Assembly (NCBI GenBank): GCA_964016885.1 | Contig: OZ024741.1 | Coordinates: forward strand, 363,382,001 to 363,446,000 | From: Eledone cirrhosa | Lineage: Eukaryota | Reading direction: 5' to 3' | DNA length: 64,000 nucleotides | Shown: piece after piece, positions 14,992 to 28,219 of the stretch | Numbering within the stretch: position 1 is the first letter of the stretch | Layout: each line of letters begins with the position of its first letter | Translations under genes and position numbers: made by a program | The notes under the pieces: generated by a model | What the model saw: the letters and a program-made list of their open reading frames with translations, nothing else | Told to the model about the DNA's origin: nothing | The model's database searches: none

Positions 14992-15056
14992 TATTTCATT
15001 ATACATATTTCAAGGACACCAAGTTAAATTATGGTGTGCTTTCATCAGATAAAATA
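14992..15056 (-). ncRNA. Minimal type I hammerhead ribozyme (PLE pLTR)
   Basis: Reverse complement of the 19559-19623 motif: CTGATGA-stem II-GAAA-TATGTA-TA. Confidence 0.65.
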
Positions 15057-16207
15057 TAATATAGAGCAAATAAATATTGACATACTCTTAAAGAATGCGA
15101 CCATTTCTGTTGGAAGCTCCCGGAGAGTGGGGTTATACCTTTATTTATACTATTATGTAAATTAGTTTCGGATATTTTAAAATCAGAGTAGATTTAAATA
15201 AGCCGTTGGGTTATGGAGAAAGAGAGAGAGAGAAAAAAGAGAGATAGAAGAAAGAGAAAAAAGAAAAAAGAGAAAAAAGAAAAAAGAAAAAAGAAAAAAG
15301 AGCAAACTCTAAGAGGAGAATAAGAAAAATAAGAAGAGGAGAAAGAGAAGAAAAGAAGAAGAGAGAAAGTGAAGAAAAGAAAAGAAAAAAAGAAAAAAAG
15401 AAAAGAGAAGAGAAAGCGAAAGCTCTAAGTGATAGGTTGTTGTATTACCTTAATTTTTGAGATGAAGTGAAGGAATAAATATTTAATGGATGAATAGAGA
15501 CGTGTAAATAAGCGTGAATGGAAAATACATAGATAATACGAGAATTTAACCATTGTTTATGATTAAATGTTTACTTTATCAATTAAATTATTGAGATCTA
15601 TTCATTAAAAATTGAGATCTATATATTATTAAGACTATATATTATTAAAAAATCTATATATTATTAAAAGAATATATTCATATATATATACATACGCACA
15701 CAGATATATATACATATAAATATATATACACATACCTATACATAGATACATATACATACAAACAATAAAGGATTTTTTAATTTAAGATATAGGAATTTTC
15801 ATAAACTTATAGATTTTTCGGAGAAAAACATTTCTATGTAATATCGAAACAGCGTGAAGGAAATTAAGTTATTTACTTATATTAAATGTTACAAATGTTA
15901 AGATAGTAAAGGAAATTTTAGGTTATACAAACCTTATGTTATTATACAAATTTATTTTAATATAAGTTTTATATCTAATAAATCCACCTATTATGTAGTT
16001 GTGACTGTTATTATATAAGTTTGTTTATCCTTATAAACGAGTGCATTCGAATTGTATGCATATATATACACACACACACAATCCTCACATATATAGACGT
16101 ACTTACACATACAGGTATATATGCATCGCACATATATGTATACATACATATACACACACATATATATATATACATACATATATACACACACATATATAGA
16201 GAGAGAC

Positions 16208-17150
16208 TAGCAGTAAAGCCCGGCGTTGCTCGGGGTCGCTCAGTAGCTGTGTTAAAGTTACAATGTTAAGTTTCTTTTTTGGCTTAAAAACTGTAGTGTC
16301 TACTGTGCAGACTTGCATGTGGTGTTTTTGATTAATATTCCCTCAACCAACAATATGCCTTATGAAGTTAAGAAAACATAACGATAACCCGAATGTTATA
16401 ACAAAAGAGGATGCTGGGGATAGAAACTGCACTGGTTATTTATTAACAAAGATCGAAAATGTAAACACTGCAACGCAGAGAAAAACATTAGCGTAACCAA
16501 ATTATCAGTTATGTCTGTCTGCACGCCTATATCACCTCTCTGCACGACTATCTGTCTGCACGCCTATATCACCTCTCTGCACGACTGTCTGTCTGCACGC
16601 CTATATCACCTCTCTGCACGACTATCTGTCTGCACGCGTATATCACCTCTCTGCACGACTGTCTGTCTGCACAACTGTCTGTCTGCACGCCTAACGACGA
16701 AATATTTGCTTGTTTTACGTAGTCTTTAAATAGACTTGTTTTCAAGTAAAAATATTGTTTTAAAATGCTTTTAAATGGAAATGAAGCAAAACGGAAGCTT
16801 AGTGTTCGAACTGATGAATTTTGCAGGTCAATATTTTGCTGGCTCGACAACTGTTCGTGTATTGTGTTAATGTCATTTTAAACGCTGAGAAAGCCAGCGT
16901 AATTTTTTACGTAAGACGCTCAATGTAAACAGAACAAAGGGAAATAACTGATAACTTACGCTCAAAAATCGATACATTATATTCGATTTCGTCACATAGG
17001 GTGGGTCAATTTGAAATATTTTTTTCCGATGTCTTCGCTAGGGCTCAATGTACAAGTATAGCAATTTCGGTGCAATTCCGTCAGAGATTCTAAGAGGAGA
17101 TGTGTGCCAAAAATCGATAGACAGACAGACAACCACAGTTATATATATAT
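16208..17150 (-). mobile_element. Non-autonomous Helitron nested in the PLE arm, with an internal ~37-bp tandem repeat (16510-16690)
   Basis: CTAGCAGTAAAGCCCGGCGTTGCTCGGG end (hairpin plus CTAG on the minus strand), ACAG repeats at the other end. Absent from the opposite inverted arm. Confidence 0.75.
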
Positions 17151-19558
17151 AGATATATAAATACAGTACATAATATATATAATATAAAATAAAATAAAAT
17201 AAAATAAAATAAAATAAAATAAAATAAAATAAAATAAAATAAAAATGAATTATATTACGAATTGGAATTATAAGCAATATAACTTTAAATCAATATAATT
17301 TAAAAAATCAGTATAATTTAAAAAAATATTATAGAATATTTCAAGTTATAAATTTAAAATAAGAATATGTTTAATAGATTCAGTATAAAAATTTAAATTT
17401 TCTATATAATATTTAGTTCTCAGTATATTTAACTTAATTTTATAGCCATAAGAAAAAGAAAGAGAAACTTTCAAAAATAGGAGAAACTTTCAAATAAAAT
17501 ATTTTCCTCTTTTAAGAGCTTTCAGTATGTTACGCTAGAAGAATTTTTTATTTTTTATTTTATTTATATTTTTTTTATTTATATTTAGGAAACAAATATT
17601 TTTTTAACTTGAGAGTTTAAGCAGTCAAATGAAGGAATCTAATGATTTATCAATAGGTTCAATATATTAATAGAATTAATTAATTATATATTACATTTTA
17701 AATTTATATTTAAACGTTGAGTTCAATCTATGTCTGCAGCAACTGAATAAATTGTTCCTTAGGTTCAGGGAATTTTTGGTCTTTAATATAAAGAATATTT
17801 CCTCTATACAAAGATCACAATTTTCTGAAGAGGAGTTAAACGGAGTAGCTTTTGAAATAATATTCCAAAGCAACGAATATTTAACGTTCTTTAATTTGAG
17901 GTCCCATAATAAGCTAGATAGAGAAGTTGAAGATTTTTTGTTTAGATGTGTAAAAGAGTTTTTATGATTATTGAAACGGGATTTAAAATCTGTGGAAGTA
18001 GATTCTACATAATTAAAAGAATTTAAATTAGTTTTTACACATTACAATTATATACTAAATGTTTAGCTAAGCAATTGTTATTTAACGGACAGTTAGATTT
18101 ATTTCTACAGTTACATTTATCAAATTGGATATTGCTTGGGTTATTAGTGGTATTTTGGTTATGATTTAAATTTCTATTATTAATTCTATTAATATTTTGC
18201 GCTAAATATTCTATAATATTTTTTAAAATTATACTGATTTTTAAAATTATATTGATTTAAAGTTATATTGCTTATATTTCCAATTCGTAATATAATTCAT
18301 TTTTATTTTATTTTATTTTATTTCATTTTATATTATATATATTATGTACTTCAATTATATTATGTACTGTATTTATATATCTCTCTCTATATATATGTGT
18401 GTATATATGTATGTATGTATATATATATATATATATGTGTGTATATGTATGTATACATATATGTGTGATGCATATATACCTGTATGTGTAAGTACGTCTA
18501 TGTGTATATATGTGAGGATTGTGTGTGTATATATATGCATACAATTCGAATGCACTTGTTTATAAGGATAAACAAACTTATATAATAACAGTCATAACTA
18601 CATAACAGATGGATTTATTAGATATAAAACTTATATTAAAATAAATTTGTATAATAACATAAGGTTTGTATAACCTAAAATTTCCTTTACTATCTTAACA
18701 TTTGTAACATTTAATATAAGTAAATAACTTAATTTCCTTCACGCTGTTTCGATATTACATAGAAATGATTTTCTCTGTTTTTTTCTGAGTTTTTCTCCGA
18801 AAAATCTATAAGTTTATGAAAATTCCTATATCTTAAATTAAAAAATCCTTTATTGTTTGTATGTATATGTATCTATGTATAGGTATGTGTATATATATTT
18901 ATATGTATATATATCTGTGTGCGTATGTATATATATGAATATATTCTTTTAATAATATATAGATTTTTTAATAATATATAGTCTTAATAATATATAGATC
19001 TCAATTTTTAATGAATAGATCTCAATAATTTAATTGATAAACTAAACATTTAATCATAAACAATGGTTAAAATTCTCCTATTATCTATGTATTTTCCATT
19101 CACGCTTATTTACACGTCTCTAATCATCCATTAAATATTTATTCCTTCACTTCATCTCAAAAATTAAGGTAATACAACAACCTATTACTTAGAGCTTTCG
19201 CTTTCTCTTCTCTCTTTTCTTTTTTCTTTTTTTCTTTTCTTTTCTTCTCTTTTTCTTCTTCCTCTTTTCTTCTCTTTCTCCTCTTCTTATTTTTCTTATT
19301 CTCCTCTCAGAGTTTGCTCTTTTTTCTTTTTTTTCTCTTTTTTCTTTTTTCTCTTTTTTTCTATCACTCTTTTTCTCTCTCTCTCTTTCTCCATAACCCA
19401 ACGGCTTATTTAAATCTACTCTGATTTTAAAATATCCGAAACTAATTTACATAATAGTATAAATAAAGGTATAACCCCACTATCCGGGAGCTTCCAGCAG
19501 AAATGGTCGCATTCTTTAAGGGTATGTCAATATTTATTTATAAAACTGCTCTATATTA

Positions 19559-19623
19559 TATTTTATCTGATGAAAGCACACCATAATTTAACTTGGTGTC
19601 CTTGAAATATGTATAATGAAATA
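19559..19623 (+). ncRNA. Minimal type I hammerhead ribozyme (PLE pLTR)
   Basis: TATTTTAT-CTGATGA-AAGCACACCA/TGGTGTCCTT-GAAA-TATGTA-TA-ATGAAATA. Helices I and II pair; helix III is short and near-palindromic. Confidence 0.7.
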
Positions 19624-19786
19624 AATATGGTTTTATAAATATAGTTTCCATTTGTTAATATAGTATTTTTACTCCAATTATTTGTTGAGTGCTTTATATC
19701 AGTTATAAAAATATTTGCTTGTTGTATTCCAAGAGTTTAAATAGAACTTCTACATATATATATATATACATATGTATATATATATG

Positions 19787-19845
<59 letters not shown>

Positions 19846-20372
19846 ATATATTACATACACACATATATACACGCATACATACGCACACACAAATATAGAT
19901 ATATGTACACATACCTACATGCGCACACACACAATTAATTATAAGAAAAAATAATAATAAAAAATACAAATAATAAAAATTAAAAAACAATGGACGACCA
20001 TATAATGCAATAGGCCGTCACAAAAATAAAAATTAAAATTATACGACTTAAGAAAATAAAAATAAAAATTATCATAAAGTTGACAGCGATACAGGAAAGG
20101 ACACAAATAAATGAACAAACACACGTGGTAAGCAATACACACATTTACACATACACATACATACATATAAAAATATACATACACACACACACATACACAC
20201 ACATATACACATATATATATACACATACATACATATATATATATACACACACACATACACACACACATATACACATATATATATACACATACATACATAT
20301 ATATATATACACACACACATACACACACACATATACACATATATATATACACATACATATATATATATATAT

Positions 20373-20446
<74 letters not shown>

Positions 20447-20727
20447 GCATACATCTATATATATGTATGTGTATTTTTATTTGTTTGACCCGAATTACTT
20501 GGTCGTTTTTTGGGTTGTGCGGATGATCGTTTAACCATCGTCTCAGTGTGTTTGGCCTTTAACGTATGTTGTAGCTCTGGTTCATTTGAATCATTGAGCA
20601 CTTGCCACACATCTCGGAGGTTGTTTTTCGTTATTTCATAGGCCGAAATACGATTCTCGATAATTTATATTTGTATATATATATACAATATTTTAACAAA
20701 TGGAAACTATATTTATAAAACCATATT

Positions 20728-20793
20728 TATTTTATTATACATATTTCAAGGGCCACCAAGGCAAATTATGGTGCGCTTTCATCAGATAAAATA
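20728..20793 (-). ncRNA. Minimal type I hammerhead ribozyme (inverted pLTR copy)
   Basis: Reverse complement of 23355-23420. Confidence 0.65.
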
Positions 20794-22804
20794 CAATACA
20801 GATTAGTTTTATAAATAAATATTGACATACCCTGAAAAAACTATGTTAACTTTAATTCCAATCACCCCAGATCCGTTAAAAACACTATAGTAAATTCTGT
20901 GCAGTAACGTATTTATAGAATTTCAGCTAATAAGAATATTTTTGAAGATAAAGCACAATATTATAACGAAGCTTTAGGTAGAGCAGGATATAGTAATAAA
21001 ATTAAATACATTGATAATAAGGATGTGCCAACTAACCATAACTATAAAAATTATAATAGAAAACCTTACAATAACTCAAAAACCAAAAGACGAAATAGAA
21101 CTAGAAATATATTATGATGCGCTCCCCCTTTCTCATTAAGTACTAAAACTCCTATTGCTAAATTATTCTTTAAAGCTCTAGATAAATGTTTTCCTAGAAC
21201 ACATAGGTATTACTCAATATTTAATAGACATACTATCAAATTATCATATTCCACCACTATGAATTTAGCGCAGAATATTAATAGAATTAATAATAGAAAC
21301 TTAAAACCTAACCAGAATACCATTAATACCCCTAGCAATATCCAATATAATGGTACGGCTCCCAGTAATTTAAATTTAGATAAATGTAACTGTAGAAATA
21401 AATCTAACTGTCCTCTAAATAATAATTGTTTAGTTAAAAATATAGTATATGTAAAAACTAATGTAAACTCCTTTAATTATGTAGGCTCTACCTCCACAGA
21501 CTTTAAGTCCCGTTTTAATAACCACAAATGTTCTTTTATGAAATCTTCAACTTCTCTATCTAACTTACTATGGGACCTGAAATAAAAAAAACATTAACTG
21601 TTCTTTACTTTGGAATATTATCTCCAAAGCTCCTTCATACACTGCTTTATCCGAAAATTGCGCTCTTTGTATCGAAGAAATATTCTTTATATTAAAAAGT
21701 AAGAACTCTATTAATTTAAGGAATAATTTATTTAGTTCTTGCAAACATATATATATAAAATGTAATATAAAACTTATTTCTTTTACATAATGTCCTCTAT
21801 ATCTATATATGATTCATATACTTAACTTATTTTCTATTATCTCTACTTCATACATATATATTATTACACCTATCGATAAATCATTAAATTCCTTTATATG
21901 ACTGATTGAAACTCCTTTAAGGAAAATTTTTTTCTTGATAAACTTTCTGATGGGTTTAAGAAAATCTTTTGAAAATTCCTTTGAAGGATATAGAAAAACT
22001 ATATTTTTATATTTTATATTTTATATTTTTATATTATATTTTTTCAATATTTTTTCAAAGTTTTAATAATATATATATCCAAATGTTTATATATATGTGA
22101 TAAACAGGTTTTTTGTGTATGTGTGGTATAACCTATAATTTATGCTTTAAATATATAGTTTTTTAAATATATTCTTATGAAAAATGTTTATGCTTTATGC
22201 TTTAAATATACTCTTAGAAAAAATGTTTAAATGTTATTATTTTTAAATGTTATAACTTTATAGCAAGTAAATTTATGAATTTATAAATTTATGACTTCGT
22301 ATAAAATAACATAAGGTTCATGTTCTAATTACATTCTTAAGATAGAAAATTTAACTTTTTAACTTCTTAACCTTATAGCATTTAATCCTTAGAGTCATCT
22401 GAGTTATTAATAAATCACTTATAACTTCCTTTACGCTTTACTGTTATTATAATACAAATAAGTAGTTATTCTTTTGTAAACTCTCACAATTTCCATAAAT
22501 TTAGAATTATTTGGATATTTTAAATTTTTGACTTACAATTTTTTAATAATTAATAATATATAATAATATATAGTTTTTAATATATTTTTTAATAATATAT
22601 AATATTTTTTAATAATATATAATATTTTTTAATAATATATGATATTTTTAATAATTTATAATCCTTAACATACACATTTAAACTAATTATTAAATTATTA
22701 ATTAAACATTTAATCAAATTTATTAATTAAACCTTTAATCAAATTTTTTCAACCTATCATTATAAATAGTATAGTCAAAACATAACGAATCCTGCTTTAT
22801 TATT

Positions 22805-22980
22805 CCAGTATCGGTAGAGCATCGGACGCCATGCTTTGACGCATAGAGTTGCGGCCCTTGCCATTCTGAGTTCAAATCCCGCCGAGGTTAACTTTGCCTT
22901 TCATCCTTACGGGGTCGATAAAGTAAAGTACCAGTAATGCACTGGATAATTGCTGGCCTTGTCCCAAAAGTAGAAACAAT
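22805..22980 (+). mobile_element. tRNA-derived SINE nested in the PLE 3' region
   Basis: B-box GAGTTCAAATCC and body GCCTTTCATCCTTACGGGGTCGATAAA. Related copies near 54835-54990, 57315-57465 and 50860-51010 (minus). Confidence 0.75.
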
Positions 22981-23354
22981 TATTCATCCACGCTACTTTC
23001 GTTTCTTCTTCTTTCCTCTCACGTAAACACACTTACGCTGTATTCGTCCTTATAACTAATATTTTCTCTCACTTATTCTCACACTATTTCCACTGTCAAA
23101 AAAATATATATAACCAGTTCTTCTTTTTCTCCTTTCTTTTTTCTCTCTCCCTCGCAAAATTACCTTCTTCCAACAGTTTAATTTAAATATACCGTTATCT
23201 TTTAAACCTTTCGGACACTCATTTGCATACTCAATCATAACTTTATATCACCCTCAATAAATGTAATATCTCCACTATCCAGGAAGCTCCAAACGTTAAG
23301 GTTGTCTTTTTTTCAGAGTATGTCAATATTTATTTATAAAACTAATCTGTATTG

Positions 23355-23420
23355 TATTTTATCTGATGAAAGCGCACCATAATTTGCCTTGGTGGCCCTT
23401 GAAATATGTATAATAAAATA
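23355..23420 (+). ncRNA. Minimal type I hammerhead ribozyme (PLE pLTR)
   Basis: Perfect helix I TATTTTAT/ATAAAATA, intact CTGATGA and GAAA, stem II around CACCA/TGGTG. Confidence 0.72.
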
Positions 23421-23899
23421 AATATGGTTTTATAAATATAGTTTCCATTTGTTAATATATTGTATATTTACTCCACTAAATTGTTGAGTGCTTTATATAA
23501 GTTATAAAAAAACTTTTAAGCTTGTTGAATCCCAACAAATTAAATATAACCTCTGCATATATGTATATATGTATTTAAGAGTTAAACAAGTTTCAATGAA
23601 TACATCAAAGAATGAGTTTTACACACATACATACATTTGACGCTATAGTCACTTATATATTATGGAATACTGTTGGCTTTTCGCTACAATGTTTTCTATA
23701 CCTTTCATTTATATATATATATATATACTATATTATATTTTGAGAATAAACTCTCAGTCGTTTACAATAATCCAGCTCCAAGAAAAGGGGCATTTCCGAG
23801 CAGTTAAATATATATATATATGTATGTGTGTGTGTGTGTGTGTGTGAGTATATATATATATATATATACTCACACACACACACACATATTTATATATAT

Positions 23900-23945
<46 letters not shown>

Positions 23946-24373
23946 ATATATGTAAGTATATGTATGTGTGTGTGTGTATGTATATTTTTATATGTATGTA
24001 TGTGTATGTGTAAATGTGTGTATTGCTTACCACGTGTGTTTGTTCATTTATTTGTGTCCTTTCCTGTATCGCTGTCAACTTTATAATAATTTTTATTTTT
24101 ATTTTCTTAAGTCGTATAATTTTTATTTTTATTTTTATGTGATGGCCTATTGCATTTTATATGGTCGTACATTGTTTTTTATTTATTTATTTATTTTTTA
24201 TTATTATTTTTTCTTATAATTAATTGTGTGTGTGCGTATGTAGGTGTGTGTACATATATCTATATTTGTGTGTGCGTATGTATGCGTGTATATATGTGTG
24301 TATGTATGTGTGTGTATGTACGTGTGTATATATGTATGATTATGTGTGTGTATATATGTATATATATATATAT

Positions 24374-24906
24374 ATATATGAATTAGAACCCTGTAACCAT
24401 TAAGCTCTAAGTATAAAGTACAAATAAATACTGAGCCGATTAACAATATATAGTAAGAAACACAGTAAACCGTGTGTCTAAAATTACAAGGGTTGAAAAA
24501 CCACATATGCTTGAAATATTTAACCAAGAAACAGACAGGATGACAAAATGAAAATAGAAATATATTATCATAATACAAACCGCCTCAATAACCATTATAT
24601 CTCTCGGACAGATTATCCCTAATCTGTTTCGCCCTGAGTGTGTTTGTAACAGATAATCCTGGGCTTCATCAGCGAGAGATTACAATTAAATGTCACAAAC
24701 ACTATTTGCCAACGTTCACACAGAAAGATGAATTTATCACCTCGTGCGCCGCCAGTCAAACGTGGTAAGCGCGTATTGAACAGAAATAACAGTCCAACAC
24801 GCACAACTTAATAGCTCATCCTGTAAGAGAGCCGAAATATATATATGAATTAGAACCCTGTAACCATTAAGCTCTAAGTATAAAGTACAAATAAATACTG
24901 AGCCGA
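24374..24906 (-). mobile_element. Retrozyme-like or non-autonomous PLE unit: 467-bp period with ~65-bp terminal direct repeat
   Basis: 24374-24439 is repeated at 24841-24906. Non-coding, contains a complete HHR, embedded in TA-rich microsatellite. Confidence 0.6.
24599..24680 (-). ncRNA. Canonical type I hammerhead ribozyme (GUC cleavage site)
   Basis: Minus strand: ATCTCTCG-CTGATGA-A-GCCC..GGGC-GAA-ACAGATTA-GGGA-TAATCTGT-C-CGAGAGAT. All three helices pair and the core is intact. Confidence 0.9.
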
Positions 24907-25226
24907 ATATATATATATACATGTGTGTGTATTTGTGTGCATGTGTATGTATGTATATGTATATATATATATATGTGTGTATGTATATGTATATATATAT
25001 GTATGTGTATGTGTATATATGTGTGTATGTATATATATGTATATATGTGTGTATGTATATGTGTGCGTGTGTGTGTATATATATATATGTGTGTGTGTGT
25101 GTGTATGTATGTGTGTTTATCTACTTTTATACTTATTCTTTTCCCTTTCCTTCTTCCTTTTCCAGCCTCACTTTTATATAGATTATATTTTTGTTTTTAA
25201 AATCCACTGTCAATAAATCAGGATTT

Positions 25227-25287
25227 TTTCATTCTAATAACTGAAAGCAAATTTTGTTTGCTTTCAAGAAACCACTGGTAAATGAAA
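25227..25287 (+). ncRNA. Degenerate hammerhead ribozyme at the 5' end of the Naiad-like PLE
   Basis: TTTCATT-CTAATAA (core with two G>A changes)-TGAAAGCAAA/TTTGCTTTCA-GAAACCACTGGTA-AATGAAA. Confidence 0.6.
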
Positions 25288-25500
25288 TAATTATCTTATG
25301 TTGTTTATTACATAACTATTAAGCTCTGTATCCTACACAGAGAACTCTCTTTTCCTGGACCTTTCCGACGGAATTACTTCATTTATACAGCTCCAACCGG
25401 GATTGATTGAAGCATATTCTATATTACATATATGATTGGCACTTTCCAGCCCGATTAGTTGAGCACTCTACAGTTTTCAGGAATTTAACCAACATACACC

Positions 25501-27607
25501 ATGGACCTTTATGAATTGGATTATTCAATCAAAAATATACCTACTCCTTCCAACACAACTTATACCAAACTGCTTATAGATAAAATCGAACAAGTCGTTA
25601 AAAGAATGAGATGGAAGGCAATGGTTTACGATGGACCATTCAGTGCTGATACAAATGATTGTTTTGACATAAAATCCCGTAAATACCCACCTAGAATTAA
25701 AGACATGGCCAACTTCGAATTAGACCTTGTTAATTTAATTAGTGATATCAAATTTCGTAAGTACAATAATAATTTTCAAACTAAACTTTCTAACGATATT
25801 TTTAATTTTAAAAATTCTACAAACACTTTTGTTCTTTCCGATAAAACTAAAAATCTCTTTGAAGTTAATAATATTTTGTATAACCAACTTTTAACTAATA
25901 GTATCACCAACAAATATCAATTAACTAATAATAATACCTACAATACTATTAATAAAGAAGCTTAAGAACTAGCTAGTTTTTTAAAAATAGACAACCGGAT
26001 TGAAAGCCTAGCTAAACGTAAAGAATATATTACCCCTAAAGACCATAAATTAGAATTTACTAATCGTTGTAAATCCGAAGTTGGCCTTGCAAGTAAAAAA
26101 ATCTTAAGAAAAATAATTCTCCATATTAGAACTAAGACTGACTTATCACAATGGTTAAATACATCCTCTGTTATTTCTTGGTTTAATAATATACAAGGTA
26201 AAAATAAGTGTAAATTTACCCAATTTGATATTGTTGATTTTTACCCCTCTATTACCGTTTCCTTATTAACTAATGCCTTAGACTTTGCAAGACCCTTCAT
26301 TAATATTTCTAAATTAGAAGAAGACATTATCTTTCATGCAAGAAAAACTTTACTCTTTACTAATGAAAGTATTTGGGTTAAAAAGTCAAACCCTGAAAAC
26401 TCCTTTGATGTTGCAATGGGTTCATATGACAGTGCAGATGTGTGTGACTTAGTAGGATTATTCCTTCTCCACACCCTCAAAGAGAAATTTCCTTCTCATA
26501 ATATCGGTTTATACCGTGACGCCGGATTGGCAGTTTCTCATACCACCAACGGCCATAACCTCGACAAATTCCGTAAAGATTTAATCAATACTTTTGCTAA
26601 TCTTAACCTTAAAATTACTATAGATACGAACCTTACCAATGCTAACTTTCTTGATATTAATCTTGATCTACTTACTGCTTCTTTTAAACCTTATCATAAA
26701 CCTAACGAAAATCTTAGATATATACACAAAGAGTCTTGCCATCCCCCTATAGTTTTTAAAAATCTTATTCCCAACATTAGCCGTAGGATTTCTACCTTAT
26801 CTTCGTCTCTAGACATTTTTAATAAAGCCGCCCCTTATTATAATAAAGCCCTTAATAACAGCGGATTTACAGAACAAATTAATTATTTACCTACTCCTCC
26901 CCCCTAAAACTAACCACAATAATAGGAAAAGGAAAATTATTTGGTTTACACCCCCCTTCTCTCTAACTGTCAAAACTAATGTAGGAAGGAAATTCCTTGA
27001 CCTCTTAGATAAACATTTTCCTCCTAATCATAGATATTATAAGATATTTAATAGAAATGCAGTTAAAATCAGTTACTCTTGCTGCCCATCAATGAAGTCT
27101 AAAATCACTAATTCCAATCGTACGAGAATAAATCCAGGATGCAGTTGCAGGAAGCCGGATGAATGCCCATTACAGGGCAAATGTAACACCAAATCCGTTG
27201 TATATGAGGCCAAAGTGACACCTTTAATTAACAACCAGCCAGCCAGGAGTGAACGATATGTTGGCATGACCCAGGACAGGTTTAAAACAAGGTTTTATGC
27301 ACATGTCGCTTTTAAACACTCCGATAAAAGAACAGCAACGGCTCTCGCAAATAAGGTGTGGGAATTCAAGGATAATAACATCCCGTACTCTATCGATTGG
27401 TCTATTTTAGACCATTCGAGGGAGTACCAAAGGGGCATAAAGAATTGTTCTTTGTGTACCACTGAAAAATTTAGGATTTTACAAAACTTGAAAGCTACTT
27501 CAACTTGCCTGAACTCCAAGACCGAGATCTTCAAATGTTGTCCTCACCTGAAAACACATCTGATCTGTAACTGGATTGACATTCCTACGATAACTCAACC
27601 ACCTTGA
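25501..27607 (+). pseudogene. Near full-length Naiad-like Penelope ORF (RT plus C-terminal GIY-YIG endonuclease), inactivated
   Basis: YSIKNIP..KRMRWKA, FDIVDFYPSI, MGSYDSADVCDLVG, GLYRDAGL (DD>DA), CSCRKPDECPLQGKC, SVVY..RYVG, CSLCTTEK..LNSKTE..CPH. One TAA at 25963-25965 and one frameshift in the C-run near 26900. Confidence 0.9.
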
Positions 27608-27801
27608 ACTTCTTCTCTGCTCTCTACGCTTTACATCCACCATGATTTTTTTACCTCCTGAATTCACTTCCTGTACTCTTATATTCTTTTTCTCCCTTAT
27701 CTCCCCTTATATTTAAACCTTTTCCTATGTCATTTATCCCCCCCCCCCTACTTTCTACCTTACCCTTTACATACCCACCTTTTTTTATTTTTAGATATTT
27801 A

Positions 27802-27832
<31 letters not shown>

Positions 27833-28176
27833 TGCGCATATGTGTATATATGTATATATATATATATGTATGTATATGTATGTGTGTATGTATGTTTATA
27901 TATCTGTATGTATATGTATGTGTGTATATAAATGTATTTTATATGCTTCTGTTGTATTTGTGTGTGTGTGTGTATATATATATATGTATATAATATGTGT
28001 GTGTGTGCGTGTGTGTATTTTTATATAATTGTTTTTGTGTGTATATATATAATAGCCTCAGAAACGGCTTGAGCTCTGCAGTGGGGTCATACTTTTTCCT
28101 ATATGTGTGTATATATATATACGTATATGTATGTATGTGTATGTATATGTGTGTGTATTTGTATGGTTGTGTTGTG

Positions 28177-28219
<43 letters not shown>

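Larger units (their letters stand above)
14951..19745 (-). mobile_element. Truncated Naiad-like Penelope element with a long inverted pseudo-LTR
   Basis: Minus-strand GIY-YIG C-terminus at 17691-18200 (CDLCIEEIFFIL...LNLRNNLFSCCRH). 14951-17340 (minus the nested Helitron) is the reverse complement of about 18205-19665. Each arm carries an HHR. Confidence 0.75.
20690..23555 (+). mobile_element. Truncated Naiad-like Penelope element (RT thumb to GIY-YIG pseudo-ORF about 20840-21760, 3' pLTR, inverted 5' pLTR piece)
   Basis: CNCRNKSNCPLNNNC...NIVY...YVGST..DFKSRFNNH. 20690-20835 is the reverse complement of about 23315-23460. Confidence 0.8.

Noticed and set aside
20490-20665. Possible additional ribozyme in a GC-richer island (GGCC..GGCCGAAA)
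   Set aside because: No CUGANGA core in a compatible position on either strand.
21110-21135. In-frame TGA in the Naiad-like ORF as selenocysteine
   Set aside because: It falls at the conserved Trp of IIWFxPPF (TGG>TGA) in a decayed copy; no SECIS was recognised, and the 25.5-27.6 kb copy is interrupted by TAA, not TGA.
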